From an uncultured Methylococcus sp. (lineage in GTDB: Bacteria; Pseudomonadota; Gammaproteobacteria; Methylococcales; Methylococcaceae), in NCBI GenBank assembly GCA_964386975.1, contig CAYLUS010000001.1, positions 67,630-131,629 of the forward strand: DNA of 64,000 nt, given 5' to 3'. The position numbers were made by a program, and so were the translations under genes. Of this stretch, positions 50,698 to 59,091 are shown in pieces (the stretch's first letter is position 1; every line of letters begins with the position of its first letter). The notes below the pieces were generated by a model. That model was not told the DNA's origin. It did no database searches and saw only the letters and a list, made by a program, of their open reading frames with translations.

Positions 50698-50727
50698 GAA
50701 GCCTCACCCGATGACGGGCGAGGCTTC
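50698..50727 (-). terminator. 13-bp stem / 4-nt loop hairpin between xoxF and xoxJ (partial terminator or mRNA-stabilising stem)
   Basis: On the minus-strand RNA, GAAGCCUCGCCCG-UCAU-CGGGUGAGGCUUC pairs fully with one G-U. It is followed by UUGCGUUUUAGCCCC (a short U run). Confidence 0.5.
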
Positions 50728-50778
50728 CTGACGTGTCAGACAGTCGGTGGAGCGGCCTTGACCGCTCCACGCCAGGTC

Positions 50779-52641
50779 TTAGTTCGGCAGAGCGAATACC
50801 GTGAAGACACCGCCCAGCTTGGTGTGCTGACCGAGGCTCTTGTACGCGCCTACAGCACCCAGGCCTTCGCTGTCACCTTCAAGGCCAGCTGCCATACCGA
50901 CACCGGCCCAGCCACCGATCCCCGAAAGGACACCGATGTACTGCTTGCCGTTGTACATCCAGGTGCTGACGTTGCCGATGATGCCAGAAGGCGTCTTGAA
51001 CTTGTAAAGTTCAGCACCGGTGTTGGCATCACGCACCTTGAGGTAACCCTCAAGCGTACCGTAGACAACGATGTCGCTGGCGGTAGAGACCATGCCGCTC
51101 CACAGGGAGAAAGGCTCATCGATCTGCCATGCGATCTTGCCGGTAGCAGGATCCCATGCAGTAAATGAACCCATGTGCTGCTTCTCTTCCTTCTCGCCGG
51201 TCTTGACGTTTGCCTTGGCCGGATAGATGTTCAAAGTCGCACCAACGTAGGGCTGACCTGCGGTGTACTCAACCTGGAAGGGCTCATAGTCCATACAGGT
51301 GTGGTTGCCCGGGATATAGATGAGCTTGGTCTTCGGTGAGAACGTGACCGGCGGCTCGTTCTTTGATCCCATAGCAGAAGGACAGATACCCTTCTGATTG
51401 TGATCTTCGCCACCCGCCTGGGTTGAGTACTGAGTGACAACCTGCGGACGACCGGTCTTGGCATCCACATGAGAAGCCCAGTTGACGGCCTTGTCGAACT
51501 TTTCGGCGACCAGAAGTTCACCCGTGATACGGTCCAGGGTATAGCCGAATCCGTTACGGTCAAAGTGGGTCAGCAGCTTGGTATGCTCCTTGCCATCCTT
51601 GTCCTTCATCGGAAGGTCAATCAAGGTCATTTCATTGATGCCGTCGAAATCCCACTCATCGTGGGGCGTCATCTGGTAAACCCACTTGGCAGCACCGGTG
51701 TCTGCATCACGAGCCCAAATGGTCATGGACCATTTGTTGTCGCCGGGACGCTGGACCGGGTTCCAGGTGGACGGGTTGCCTGAACCGTAATAGATCAGGT
51801 TGGCTTCCGCGTCATAGCTGTACCAGCCCCAGGTAGAACCACCACCGGTTTTCCACTGGTCACCCTGCCAGGTTTTCAGAGAAGAATCCTTGCCGACCGG
51901 GGCCATCTTGCCATCGGTCCAGGTCATGGTCTTCTCAGGATCCATCTTCATGTCAGCGTCAGGGCCCAAGCTGTAGACACGCCACGCCTGAGTGCCATCC
52001 TTGATGTTGTATGCCGCAATGAAGCCGCGGACACCGAACTCACCGCCGGAAATACCGACAATGACCTTATCCTTGACGATAAGAGGTGCGTTGGTGTTGG
52101 TCATGCCCGCCTTGGGATCACCATTCTTGACTTTCCAGACGAGCTTTCCGGTCTTGGCATCCAGAGCAACCAGCGTTGCATCGCCTTGTGCCAGGAATAC
52201 CTTGCCATCGCCATATGCGAGACCGCGGTTGACCACGTCACAACACATGACGCCAATGACCTGCGTGGGATCGGTTCCCTTGTCAGGCGCATAGTCATAT
52301 TCCCAGACCACGCTGTGCGTGTCCTGGCTCAATGCGTAGATCTTGTGGGGGTAACCCGTGTGGATGTAGATCAGACCGTTGACGACCAGAGGACCGCCCT
52401 CATGACCACGGAGCATGCCCGTTGAGAACGTCCACATCGGCTGGAGATTCTTGGCATTGTCCTTGTTGATCTGAGTCAGGGTGCTGAAACGGGAACCATA
52501 ATAGTCGCCGCCCCAGGTTGCCCAGTTCGCGGGATCGCGAGACAGTTTCTCGACCTCAGCATTGGCGAATCCAAGTGCTGGCGCCATCAACGCCGACGCG
52601 ACGGTCGTCGAGAGCAGCAAACTCTTGAGAGAGTTTTTCAT
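50779..52641 (-). CDS. xoxF: lanthanide-dependent PQQ methanol/alcohol dehydrogenase, XoxF type
   Basis: 620 aa. Signal peptide, vicinal disulfide [14 protein letters not shown] beta-propeller W-motifs, and active site [11 protein letters not shown]. The second Asp (codon 51645-51643) is the residue that distinguishes Ln-XoxF from Ca-MxaF (WDFAG). Strong SD AAGGAGG 8 nt upstream of the ATG. Confidence 0.88.
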   Translation of the reverse strand: MKNSLKSLLLSTTVASALMAPALGFANAEVEKLSRDPANWATWGGDYYGSRFSTLTQINKDNAKNLQPMWTFSTGMLRGHEGGPLVVNGLIYIHTGYPHKIYALSQDTHSVVWEYDYAPDKGTDPTQVIGVMCCDVVNRGLAYGDGKVFLAQGDATLVALDAKTGKLVWKVKNGDPKAGMTNTNAPLIVKDKVIVGISGGEFGVRGFIAAYNIKDGTQAWRVYSLGPDADMKMDPEKTMTWTDGKMAPVGKDSSLKTWQGDQWKTGGGSTWGWYSYDAEANLIYYGSGNPSTWNPVQRPGDNKWSMTIWARDADTGAAKWVYQMTPHDEWDFDGINEMTLIDLPMKDKDGKEHTKLLTHFDRNGFGYTLDRITGELLVAEKFDKAVNWASHVDAKTGRPQVVTQYSTQAGGEDHNQKGICPSAMGSKNEPPVTFSPKTKLIYIPGNHTCMDYEPFQVEYTAGQPYVGATLNIYPAKANVKTGEKEEKQHMGSFTAWDPATGKIAWQIDEPFSLWSGMVSTASDIVVYGTLEGYLKVRDANTGAELYKFKTPSGIIGNVSTWMYNGKQYIGVLSGIGGWAGVGMAAGLEGDSEGLGAVGAYKSLGQHTKLGGVFTVFALPN

Positions 52642-52671
52642 CGTTTATCCTCCTTAGATAAGGCAAAAATA

Positions 52672-52692
52672 CGTTTGCAAACGCTTACGCTT
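52672..52692. promoter_or_regulatory. candidate operator in the xoxF leader/promoter: 12-bp perfect palindrome CGTTTGCAAACG overlapping a tandem hexamer ACGCTTACGCTT
   Basis: Read directly. The palindrome at 52672-52683 lies 31-42 nt upstream of the xoxF ATG, and the tandem hexamers are at 52681-52692. No regulator gene lies in the window to assign it to. Confidence 0.35.
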
Positions 52693-52957
52693 ATTTACAC
52701 CTAAGCTTAACGGGCCACTTTGTTCGCCAGTTATTTCTTTGAGACAACGGGAATAATCCCGGGGCGGCCGTCTGGTTGCGTAAATTGAAGGATTTCGGGC
52801 CAAAAGTCAATGTCCATGCGCGGTTAAAGCGGTTGCGGATCGCGGATCGATGACCGAGAGCCAGATCCGGCGCCAAAGAGGCGAGAGGATCGATTGATTT
52901 GTCCCTCTGCTGCGATGAGAATGCCCCTCTGAATCCTTACCAACGTCCCGATTTCGA

Positions 52958-53881
52958 ATGCAGCGCATCCTCATTCTGATTTGCCTCAGCGCCCTCACGC
53001 CCTTCTCATCGATGGCCGACGAACCCCTGCAGCTGGTTGAAATTGCCCCCGGAAACTTTGTTCATCAGGGCATTCACGCGCTCACCGACACTGTTAATCA
53101 CGGTGACATTGCCAACATCGGCTTCATCATCGGCGACACCTGCGTGGCCGTGGTGGATTCGGGTGGCAGCCCAAGACAAGGCGAGGCGCTGCGACGGGAG
53201 ATTGCCGCGCGGACATCGCTTCCGGTCTGCTATGTGATCAACACCCACGTGCATCCCGACCATATTCTTGGGAACCTCGCCTTCAGGCAGCCGGGCACCC
53301 ACTTTGTCGGTCATCGCAAATTAGAGTCGGCAATGGCCTCGCGGGCACCCTACTACACCGAAACGGCCCGCCGGGAAGCTGGAATCGAGCTACATCCTGA
53401 GCATTTCGTGGTGCCTGATCTCCCGGTTTCACAGGTGACCGAACTGGATCTTGGGGGACGCAGGCTGCAGCTGACGGCACATCGGACGGCGCATACGGAC
53501 AACGATTTGAGCATCCTTGACCTCAAAACAGGAACCTTGTGGCTTGGCGACCTTCTGTTCATGGGACATCTTCCGGTGGTTGATGGCAGCCTGCTTGGCT
53601 GGCTGAGAGAAATCGATGCCCTCAAAACAGTGTCCGCTGCTCGCGTGGTTCCGGGTCATGGCCCCGTCCAGGCAGCCTGGCCGCTCGCCCTTGCGGCGGA
53701 AGAGCGCTACCTCCAGAATCTTGCTGATGCCGTCCGCCATGCCATACAGTCCAACTGGACTTTGGAACGTGCCGTTGCTGAAATCGCCGCCATTGACCGG
53801 CCTGACTGGCAACTTTACGAGCCGTTCCACAAGCGCAATGTATCGGGCGCTTTTGCTGAAATGGAGTGGGAGGGGGAATAG
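52958..53881 (+). CDS. periplasmic metallo-beta-lactamase-fold zinc hydrolase ('quinoprotein relay system zinc metallohydrolase'-like)
   Basis: Signal peptide MQRILILICLSALTPFSSMA and MBL motif NTHVHPDHILGN, with downstream His/Asp ligands (HRTAHTDND, VPGHG). Divergent from xoxF and upstream of the SoxYZ-like carrier. Confidence 0.75.
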   Translation: MQRILILICLSALTPFSSMADEPLQLVEIAPGNFVHQGIHALTDTVNHGDIANIGFIIGDTCVAVVDSGGSPRQGEALRREIAARTSLPVCYVINTHVHPDHILGNLAFRQPGTHFVGHRKLESAMASRAPYYTETARREAGIELHPEHFVVPDLPVSQVTELDLGGRRLQLTAHRTAHTDNDLSILDLKTGTLWLGDLLFMGHLPVVDGSLLGWLREIDALKTVSAARVVPGHGPVQAAWPLALAAEERYLQNLADAVRHAIQSNWTLERAVAEIAAIDRPDWQLYEPFHKRNVSGAFAEMEWEGE

Positions 53882-53929
53882 CCCGTTCCACGCCAAAATC
53901 GCCACCCCACTTTAATGGAGTCACCCCTC

Positions 53930-54739
53930 ATGAACCGATCGCGATTGTTTCTCATCCTGGCCTTGATGACGACCGCACTCTCAAGCGGGACCGCTCTGGC
54001 GGAAGGTGAAGACGAATCCGCCTGGAACTCCAGGCTGAAACAACAGTTCTTTGGCGACAAGCGCATCGATGAAGACGGACAGACGCTGGAAATCGTCGCG
54101 CCCTATCGCGCCGAGGACCCGGCCCTCGTGCCCATTCAGATCCTCAGCAAATTCCCCCAGTCTTCCGAAAGGGCCATCAAGAGCATCACGGTCATCATCG
54201 ATAACAACCCGGTGCCGTTCTCGGCACGGTTCGATTTTGGCCCCCTCAGCAGCAAAGCCGACATCGCGACCCGCATGCGCTTTAATGCCTATACCTACGT
54301 TCGAGCGATCGCCGAAACGCAGGATGGTACGCTGCATATGGCAAAGGCATTTGTTAAAGCCAGCGGCGGATGCTCAGCACCGATAGGCACTGATGCGGAA
54401 GCTGCAAAGGCGCGCATGGGTAAAATGAAGTTCAAATTCGAGGGCGAGAAGGCCGTCCTGAACCAACCCAACGCGGTTCAGCTTCTGATCAGCCACCCCA
54501 ACATTACGGGCATGCAAATGGATCAGATCAGCCGCATTGTCCAACCGGCCCATTACGTGACGGATTTCAAGGTCAGCTTCAACGCGGAACCCGTACTGAG
54601 CATCAAGGGCGATATTGCAATCAGCGCGGATCCCAATTTCCGGTTCTACTTCACCCCCCGCCAGGCCGGCGAACTGAAAACCGAAATCCGTGACAATCTG
54701 GGCAACGACTTTATCGGCACCCAGCCTGTCAGCCCCTAG
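53930..54739 (+). CDS. SoxY-SoxZ fusion protein ('quinoprotein dehydrogenase-associated SoxYZ-like carrier')
   Basis: Signal peptide. The N-terminal half ends in the SoxY-like carrier motif VKASGGC (Cys codon 54371-54373). The C-terminal half is SoxZ-like (LLISHPNITGMQMDQ...FKVSFN). Start at MNRSRLF (53930) has GGAG 9 nt upstream. Confidence 0.7.
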   Translation: MNRSRLFLILALMTTALSSGTALAEGEDESAWNSRLKQQFFGDKRIDEDGQTLEIVAPYRAEDPALVPIQILSKFPQSSERAIKSITVIIDNNPVPFSARFDFGPLSSKADIATRMRFNAYTYVRAIAETQDGTLHMAKAFVKASGGCSAPIGTDAEAAKARMGKMKFKFEGEKAVLNQPNAVQLLISHPNITGMQMDQISRIVQPAHYVTDFKVSFNAEPVLSIKGDIAISADPNFRFYFTPRQAGELKTEIRDNLGNDFIGTQPVSP

Positions 54740-57700
54740 GCTCCAGAGGACTCAGGGGCCTTGGCGGCGCGGCGTCGCTCCCGCCACTCCTGTGTAATCA
54801 CATAGAAGACCGGCACGAACGGTATGGCGAGGATGGTGGATGCCAGCATCCCGCCAAATACCACCGTGCCAATGGCTTGCTGGCTGGCTGCTCCGGCCCC
54901 CCCCGCCTTCAGCAGTGGTACCACGCCGAGAATGAAGGCGAATGAAGTCATGATGATGGGGCGGAACCTCCGGCGTGTCGCCTCGATAGCCGCTTCCTGG
55001 ATGGTCAACCCCTCTTCACGGAGCTCGCGCGCAAACTCGACGACCAGAATGGCGTTCTTACTGGCCAGCGCGATCATCAGCACGAGCCCTACCTGGGTAT
55101 ACAGGTTGCTATCGAACTGGCGGACAATCAGCGCCAAGATCACCCCCACCAGCGCCATCGGCACTACCAGAATCACGGCCATGGGAGAACTCCAATCTTC
55201 ATACTGTGCCGCCAGCACCAGAAACACGAGGAGAATCGAAAGGCCGTAAACGAAGTAGGCGGTATTTCCCAGCTGCTTTTGCTGATAGGCCGTGGCCGTC
55301 CACTCCGAACTCATCCCCTCAGGCAGGGTTTGATCCGTCATCTGTTCCATCAATTGGATGGCATCACCGCCACTGAAACCGGGCGCAGGCGCCCCAAACA
55401 AGGGTGCCGCCGGGTAGAGGTTGTAACGCGACACCAGCTCTGAACCGACGCGACGATTCACCGTCAGCAGGGTACCCAGCGGGACCATGTCGGCGTTCTT
55501 GTTGCGGACGTAGAGGTTCTTGATGTCATCAAAGCTCTGCCGGTAGGGCGCATCGGCCTGCACATAGACCTGAAAGGACTGGTCAAACTTGGTGAACAGA
55601 TTGACGTAGGATGAGCCGAGAAAAGACTGCAGGGTCCCAAATACGTTGTCCATGGGCACCTGCAGCGACTGCGCCTTGGTGCGATCGATATCCAGAAACA
55701 GCTGTGGGCTTTGCGCACTGAATGTCGTTGCCATGAATGCCAGCCCGGACTGCGCAGCTCCTGCTCGCTGAACCTCCATCATGACCTGCTGCAACTCCTG
55801 CAAACCAAGACTGCGGCGGTCTTCGATCATCATCTGAAGCCCACCGGCCTGGCCCAGACCTGCAATCGGTGGCGGCGTCACCACGGCGACTCGCGCCTCC
55901 TGCAGGGCATCCATCCGTTGTTTCAAATGACCAATGATGGCCTTTTGAGACAATGATTCCCCGCGTTTTTCCCAGGAATCATAGATCGCGAAGATGCTGA
56001 AGGCATTGGAGAGATTAGCGGCATCCAGCATCGAGAAGCCCCCGATGGTCACCCAGGACTCGATTCCCGGGGTGGACTTGAGGATTTCATCAATGCGCGC
56101 AACCGTCTCCCTGACGCGGGGCTGGGCAGTTCCCTCCGGTAACTTGCCAACGATGATGGCATAGCCCTGGTCCTCGATCGGCAGAAACCCGGTCTGGTGA
56201 TGCACGAACAGATAGCCGCCGAGCAGGATGACGCCGGAAAACACCATCGCCATCAGGCGGGTTCGTGCCACCATCCAGCGGACAATCCGGGTATAGCCTG
56301 CCTCCACGCGCCCGTAAAATGCATTAAATGCCCGGTAAAAGGCATTGGGTTGATAATCCTTGGGGCGAGGCTTCAGGTAAAGCGCGCACTGCGCCGGCTT
56401 GAGGGTCAGGGCATTGATGGCGCTGATGATGGCCGTCGAGGCGATGACCAGAGCAAACTGGCGGAACAACTGCCCGGTAATGCCCGGCAGAAAGGCTGCA
56501 GGAATAAAGACGGCGGACAGGACCAGCGTAATTCCGATGACAGGCCCGGTCATTTGGCTCATGGCCTTGATCGCGGCCTCTTTGGGCGTCATGCCCGCTT
56601 CGATATGGCTGGAGGCGCTCTCGACAATGACGATCGCGTCATCGACGACGATGCCGATCGCCAGAATCAGCGCAAAAAGCGTCATCAGGTTCACCGAGAA
56701 CCCCATCATCGCCATGGCCCCGAATGCCCCAATAATGGTCACTGGGACAGTGGTCGCCGGCACCAGCGTTGCGCGCCAGTTCTGCAGAAACAGGACCACC
56801 ACGGCCAGCACCAGAAGCCCGGCTTCATACAAGGTCTCGTAGACAGAATGAATCGATTGCTCGATGAAGTCCGTCGTGTCGTAGTGCACCCCGTAAGTCA
56901 ACCCTTCCGGAAAGTGTTCGCTCAGCGTCTCGACCTCGGCACGGATGCGTTTTCCAAGATCAATCGCGTTCGCCCCAGGCAGGGCATACACCAGAATTTG
57001 GGCAGCCTTATGGCCGCTGATACCGGCAAAGTTGGTGTAGGCCTGCTGACTCAGTTCGACCCTTGCAACATCCTTGACACGAACGATTTGCGCGACGCTG
57101 CCATCAGGCCCCATGGTGGACTTGATGATGATATTTTCAAACTGCGAGGCATCCTCAAGCCGCCCGACGGCATTGATGGTGAGCTGATAGGGCTGATCAT
57201 CCGGCGCCGGCGGCCCGCCCAACTGCCCGGCGACCACCTGGTTGTTTTGCTGGCGGATGGCATCTGAGACATCCATGGTCGTCATGCCGTAGTACTTGAG
57301 CCGCTCGGGATTCAACCAGATTCGCATGCTGTAGGAGCCTGCCCCGAGCACCTTGATCTGACCCACGCCAGGAATGCGGCCCAGCGGGTACTGAAGGTTG
57401 ATCAACGCGTAGTTCGACAGGAAGGTTTCATCAAAGCGCTCATCCTCCGAATAGAGACTGACCGCCTGAAGGATATTGGTCGAGACTTTGCGGATGTTGA
57501 CGCCTTGCTTTTGCACGCCCTCCGGCAACTGCGCCAGCTGGCCATTGACCAGATTCTGGACCAGGCTCAGCGACGCGTTGAGATCCGTACCCACTTCGAA
57601 CGTGATGGTCAGGATGTACGTTCCATCCGAGCCGCTGGTCGAGTACATGTAAATGGATTTCTCGACCCCATTGACGCCCTCCTCGATCGGGATGCCGACC

Positions 57701-57882
57701 GTACGGGCAATCACCTCGGCACTCGCGCCCGGGTAACGGGTGGTAACCTGAATCGTTGGCGGAACGATATTGGGATACTGCGCGATGGGCAGGTTCATCA
57801 GGCTGACCAGCCCGAGAATCACGGTGATGATCGCGATTACATTGGCGAAAATGGGTCGCTCAATGAAGAATTTGGAGATCAT
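54736..57882 (-). CDS. RND efflux transporter, inner-membrane permease (HAE1/AcrB-like)
   Basis: 1048 aa. MISKFFIERPIFANVIAI N-terminus, 12-TM architecture with two large periplasmic loops, and conserved TM4 segment IGIVVDDAIVIVE. Confidence 0.92.
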   Translation of the reverse strand: MISKFFIERPIFANVIAIITVILGLVSLMNLPIAQYPNIVPPTIQVTTRYPGASAEVIARTVGIPIEEGVNGVEKSIYMYSTSGSDGTYILTITFEVGTDLNASLSLVQNLVNGQLAQLPEGVQKQGVNIRKVSTNILQAVSLYSEDERFDETFLSNYALINLQYPLGRIPGVGQIKVLGAGSYSMRIWLNPERLKYYGMTTMDVSDAIRQQNNQVVAGQLGGPPAPDDQPYQLTINAVGRLEDASQFENIIIKSTMGPDGSVAQIVRVKDVARVELSQQAYTNFAGISGHKAAQILVYALPGANAIDLGKRIRAEVETLSEHFPEGLTYGVHYDTTDFIEQSIHSVYETLYEAGLLVLAVVVLFLQNWRATLVPATTVPVTIIGAFGAMAMMGFSVNLMTLFALILAIGIVVDDAIVIVESASSHIEAGMTPKEAAIKAMSQMTGPVIGITLVLSAVFIPAAFLPGITGQLFRQFALVIASTAIISAINALTLKPAQCALYLKPRPKDYQPNAFYRAFNAFYGRVEAGYTRIVRWMVARTRLMAMVFSGVILLGGYLFVHHQTGFLPIEDQGYAIIVGKLPEGTAQPRVRETVARIDEILKSTPGIESWVTIGGFSMLDAANLSNAFSIFAIYDSWEKRGESLSQKAIIGHLKQRMDALQEARVAVVTPPPIAGLGQAGGLQMMIEDRRSLGLQELQQVMMEVQRAGAAQSGLAFMATTFSAQSPQLFLDIDRTKAQSLQVPMDNVFGTLQSFLGSSYVNLFTKFDQSFQVYVQADAPYRQSFDDIKNLYVRNKNADMVPLGTLLTVNRRVGSELVSRYNLYPAAPLFGAPAPGFSGGDAIQLMEQMTDQTLPEGMSSEWTATAYQQKQLGNTAYFVYGLSILLVFLVLAAQYEDWSSPMAVILVVPMALVGVILALIVRQFDSNLYTQVGLVLMIALASKNAILVVEFARELREEGLTIQEAAIEATRRRFRPIIMTSFAFILGVVPLLKAGGAGAASQQAIGTVVFGGMLASTILAIPFVPVFYVITQEWRERRRAAKAPESSGA

Positions 57883-59039
57883 TTTGACGGCTCATCCTGG
57901 ACCGGATCGACCGGACGCCCCGGTATGGCCCTCAGAAGACCGTTGGTAATGACCCAGTCCGTCTCCTGAACGCCCTCGTCAATGGCGATCTTGCCACCTA
58001 ACTGGGGACCCGGAGTCACCGCCCGACGCGCGACGATGTGTTTGTCATCGACCACCAGAACATAGGCGCCACCCTGATCGTAGGCAACCGCCTCCTGGGG
58101 CAACACCAATCCACTTTGAACGCCCGGACGATCGCCTTTGATCCTGACGAAAAGCCCCGGAAGAATCTTGGCATCGGGATTGGGGAGCGTTGCCCTGAGC
58201 TGGAGGGTACCCGTCGCGTTATCGACCTGAATATCGGCATAATCGAGCATGGCCTGGTGCGGGAATCCCTCTTCATTGGCCAAACCCACCCAGACCGGCA
58301 CATTGGGCGCACGGTCCTCCACCTTGCCTCCGGACTCAGTCTGCGTCTGTACCCGGCGGATCTTTAAGAGCTCCTGCTCACTGATGGTGAAATAGACGTA
58401 AAGCGGATCAATCCGGTTGATCTCGGCAAGCACGGTCTCTTCACTGTGGCCGACAACGTTACCGGGATCCCTGAAGCGGCGGCTGACCCGGCCGCGAAAT
58501 GGCGCCTTGACCGTCGTGTAGCTGAGATTGAGCTTGGCAATGTCGACCTGGGACTCGGCCGCCATCACCGATGCCATGTCGGAATCACGCTGATAGTGCC
58601 AGCGGTCTACATCGGTCTGGGCCGCTGCATCCTGCTTGAACAAACCCGTAAACCGCTTGAATTCGGTCTCCGAATGCATCAACTGGGCCTTGGCGGACAG
58701 AACCTGCGCCTGGGCCTCTTTGAGCTTGGCCTTGTAGAACTCCTGCTGGATCTGAAAGAGCACCTTACCCTCGTCCACCAGGTCCCCTTCCTTGAACAAG
58801 ACCTTTTCCAGATATCCCTCAACCCGGGCCCTGAGCTGAACGCTATAAAGTGGCTGGGTATTGCCGGTGAATTCCAGACTGTCCCTAAACTCCTGCATCA
58901 GGGGATGTGCAACCGTGACCTTGGGAGGCGGTGGCGGCTTGAAATCATTCTGGTTGCCACAAGCCATCAGCATCGAAACACCCAACCCTGCCGATCCAAG
59001 GCACACCCAGATCCGGGGAATTGCTCGCCATACCTTCAC
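57879..59039 (-). CDS. RND efflux periplasmic adaptor (membrane fusion protein)
   Basis: Lipoprotein-like signal (LMACG) and biotinyl-lipoyl/hairpin/beta-barrel MFP pattern (VEGYLEKVLFKEGDLV..G..LF.I). Its stop overlaps the RND start (ATGA). Confidence 0.9.
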   Translation of the reverse strand: MKVWRAIPRIWVCLGSAGLGVSMLMACGNQNDFKPPPPPKVTVAHPLMQEFRDSLEFTGNTQPLYSVQLRARVEGYLEKVLFKEGDLVDEGKVLFQIQQEFYKAKLKEAQAQVLSAKAQLMHSETEFKRFTGLFKQDAAAQTDVDRWHYQRDSDMASVMAAESQVDIAKLNLSYTTVKAPFRGRVSRRFRDPGNVVGHSEETVLAEINRIDPLYVYFTISEQELLKIRRVQTQTESGGKVEDRAPNVPVWVGLANEEGFPHQAMLDYADIQVDNATGTLQLRATLPNPDAKILPGLFVRIKGDRPGVQSGLVLPQEAVAYDQGGAYVLVVDDKHIVARRAVTPGPQLGGKIAIDEGVQETDWVITNGLLRAIPGRPVDPVQDEPSK

Positions 59040-59091
59040 TTCGAACTCCTCCCAAAATACATGGGGTCCCGTTGCGTACTCCGCTGTGGGG

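Noticed and set aside
51071-51078. A GGCGGTAG (ops/JUMPstart-like) octamer.
   Set aside because: It lies inside xoxF on the non-coding strand, far from any polysaccharide operon leader. It is a chance occurrence.
52715-52731. Sigma54-like element upstream of xoxF (minus strand CTGGCGAACAAAGTGGCC).
   Set aside because: The GG-N10-GC spacing and the -12 TTGC element do not fit (GTGG instead of TTGC, with GC displaced by one position). No enhancer-binding protein gene is nearby.
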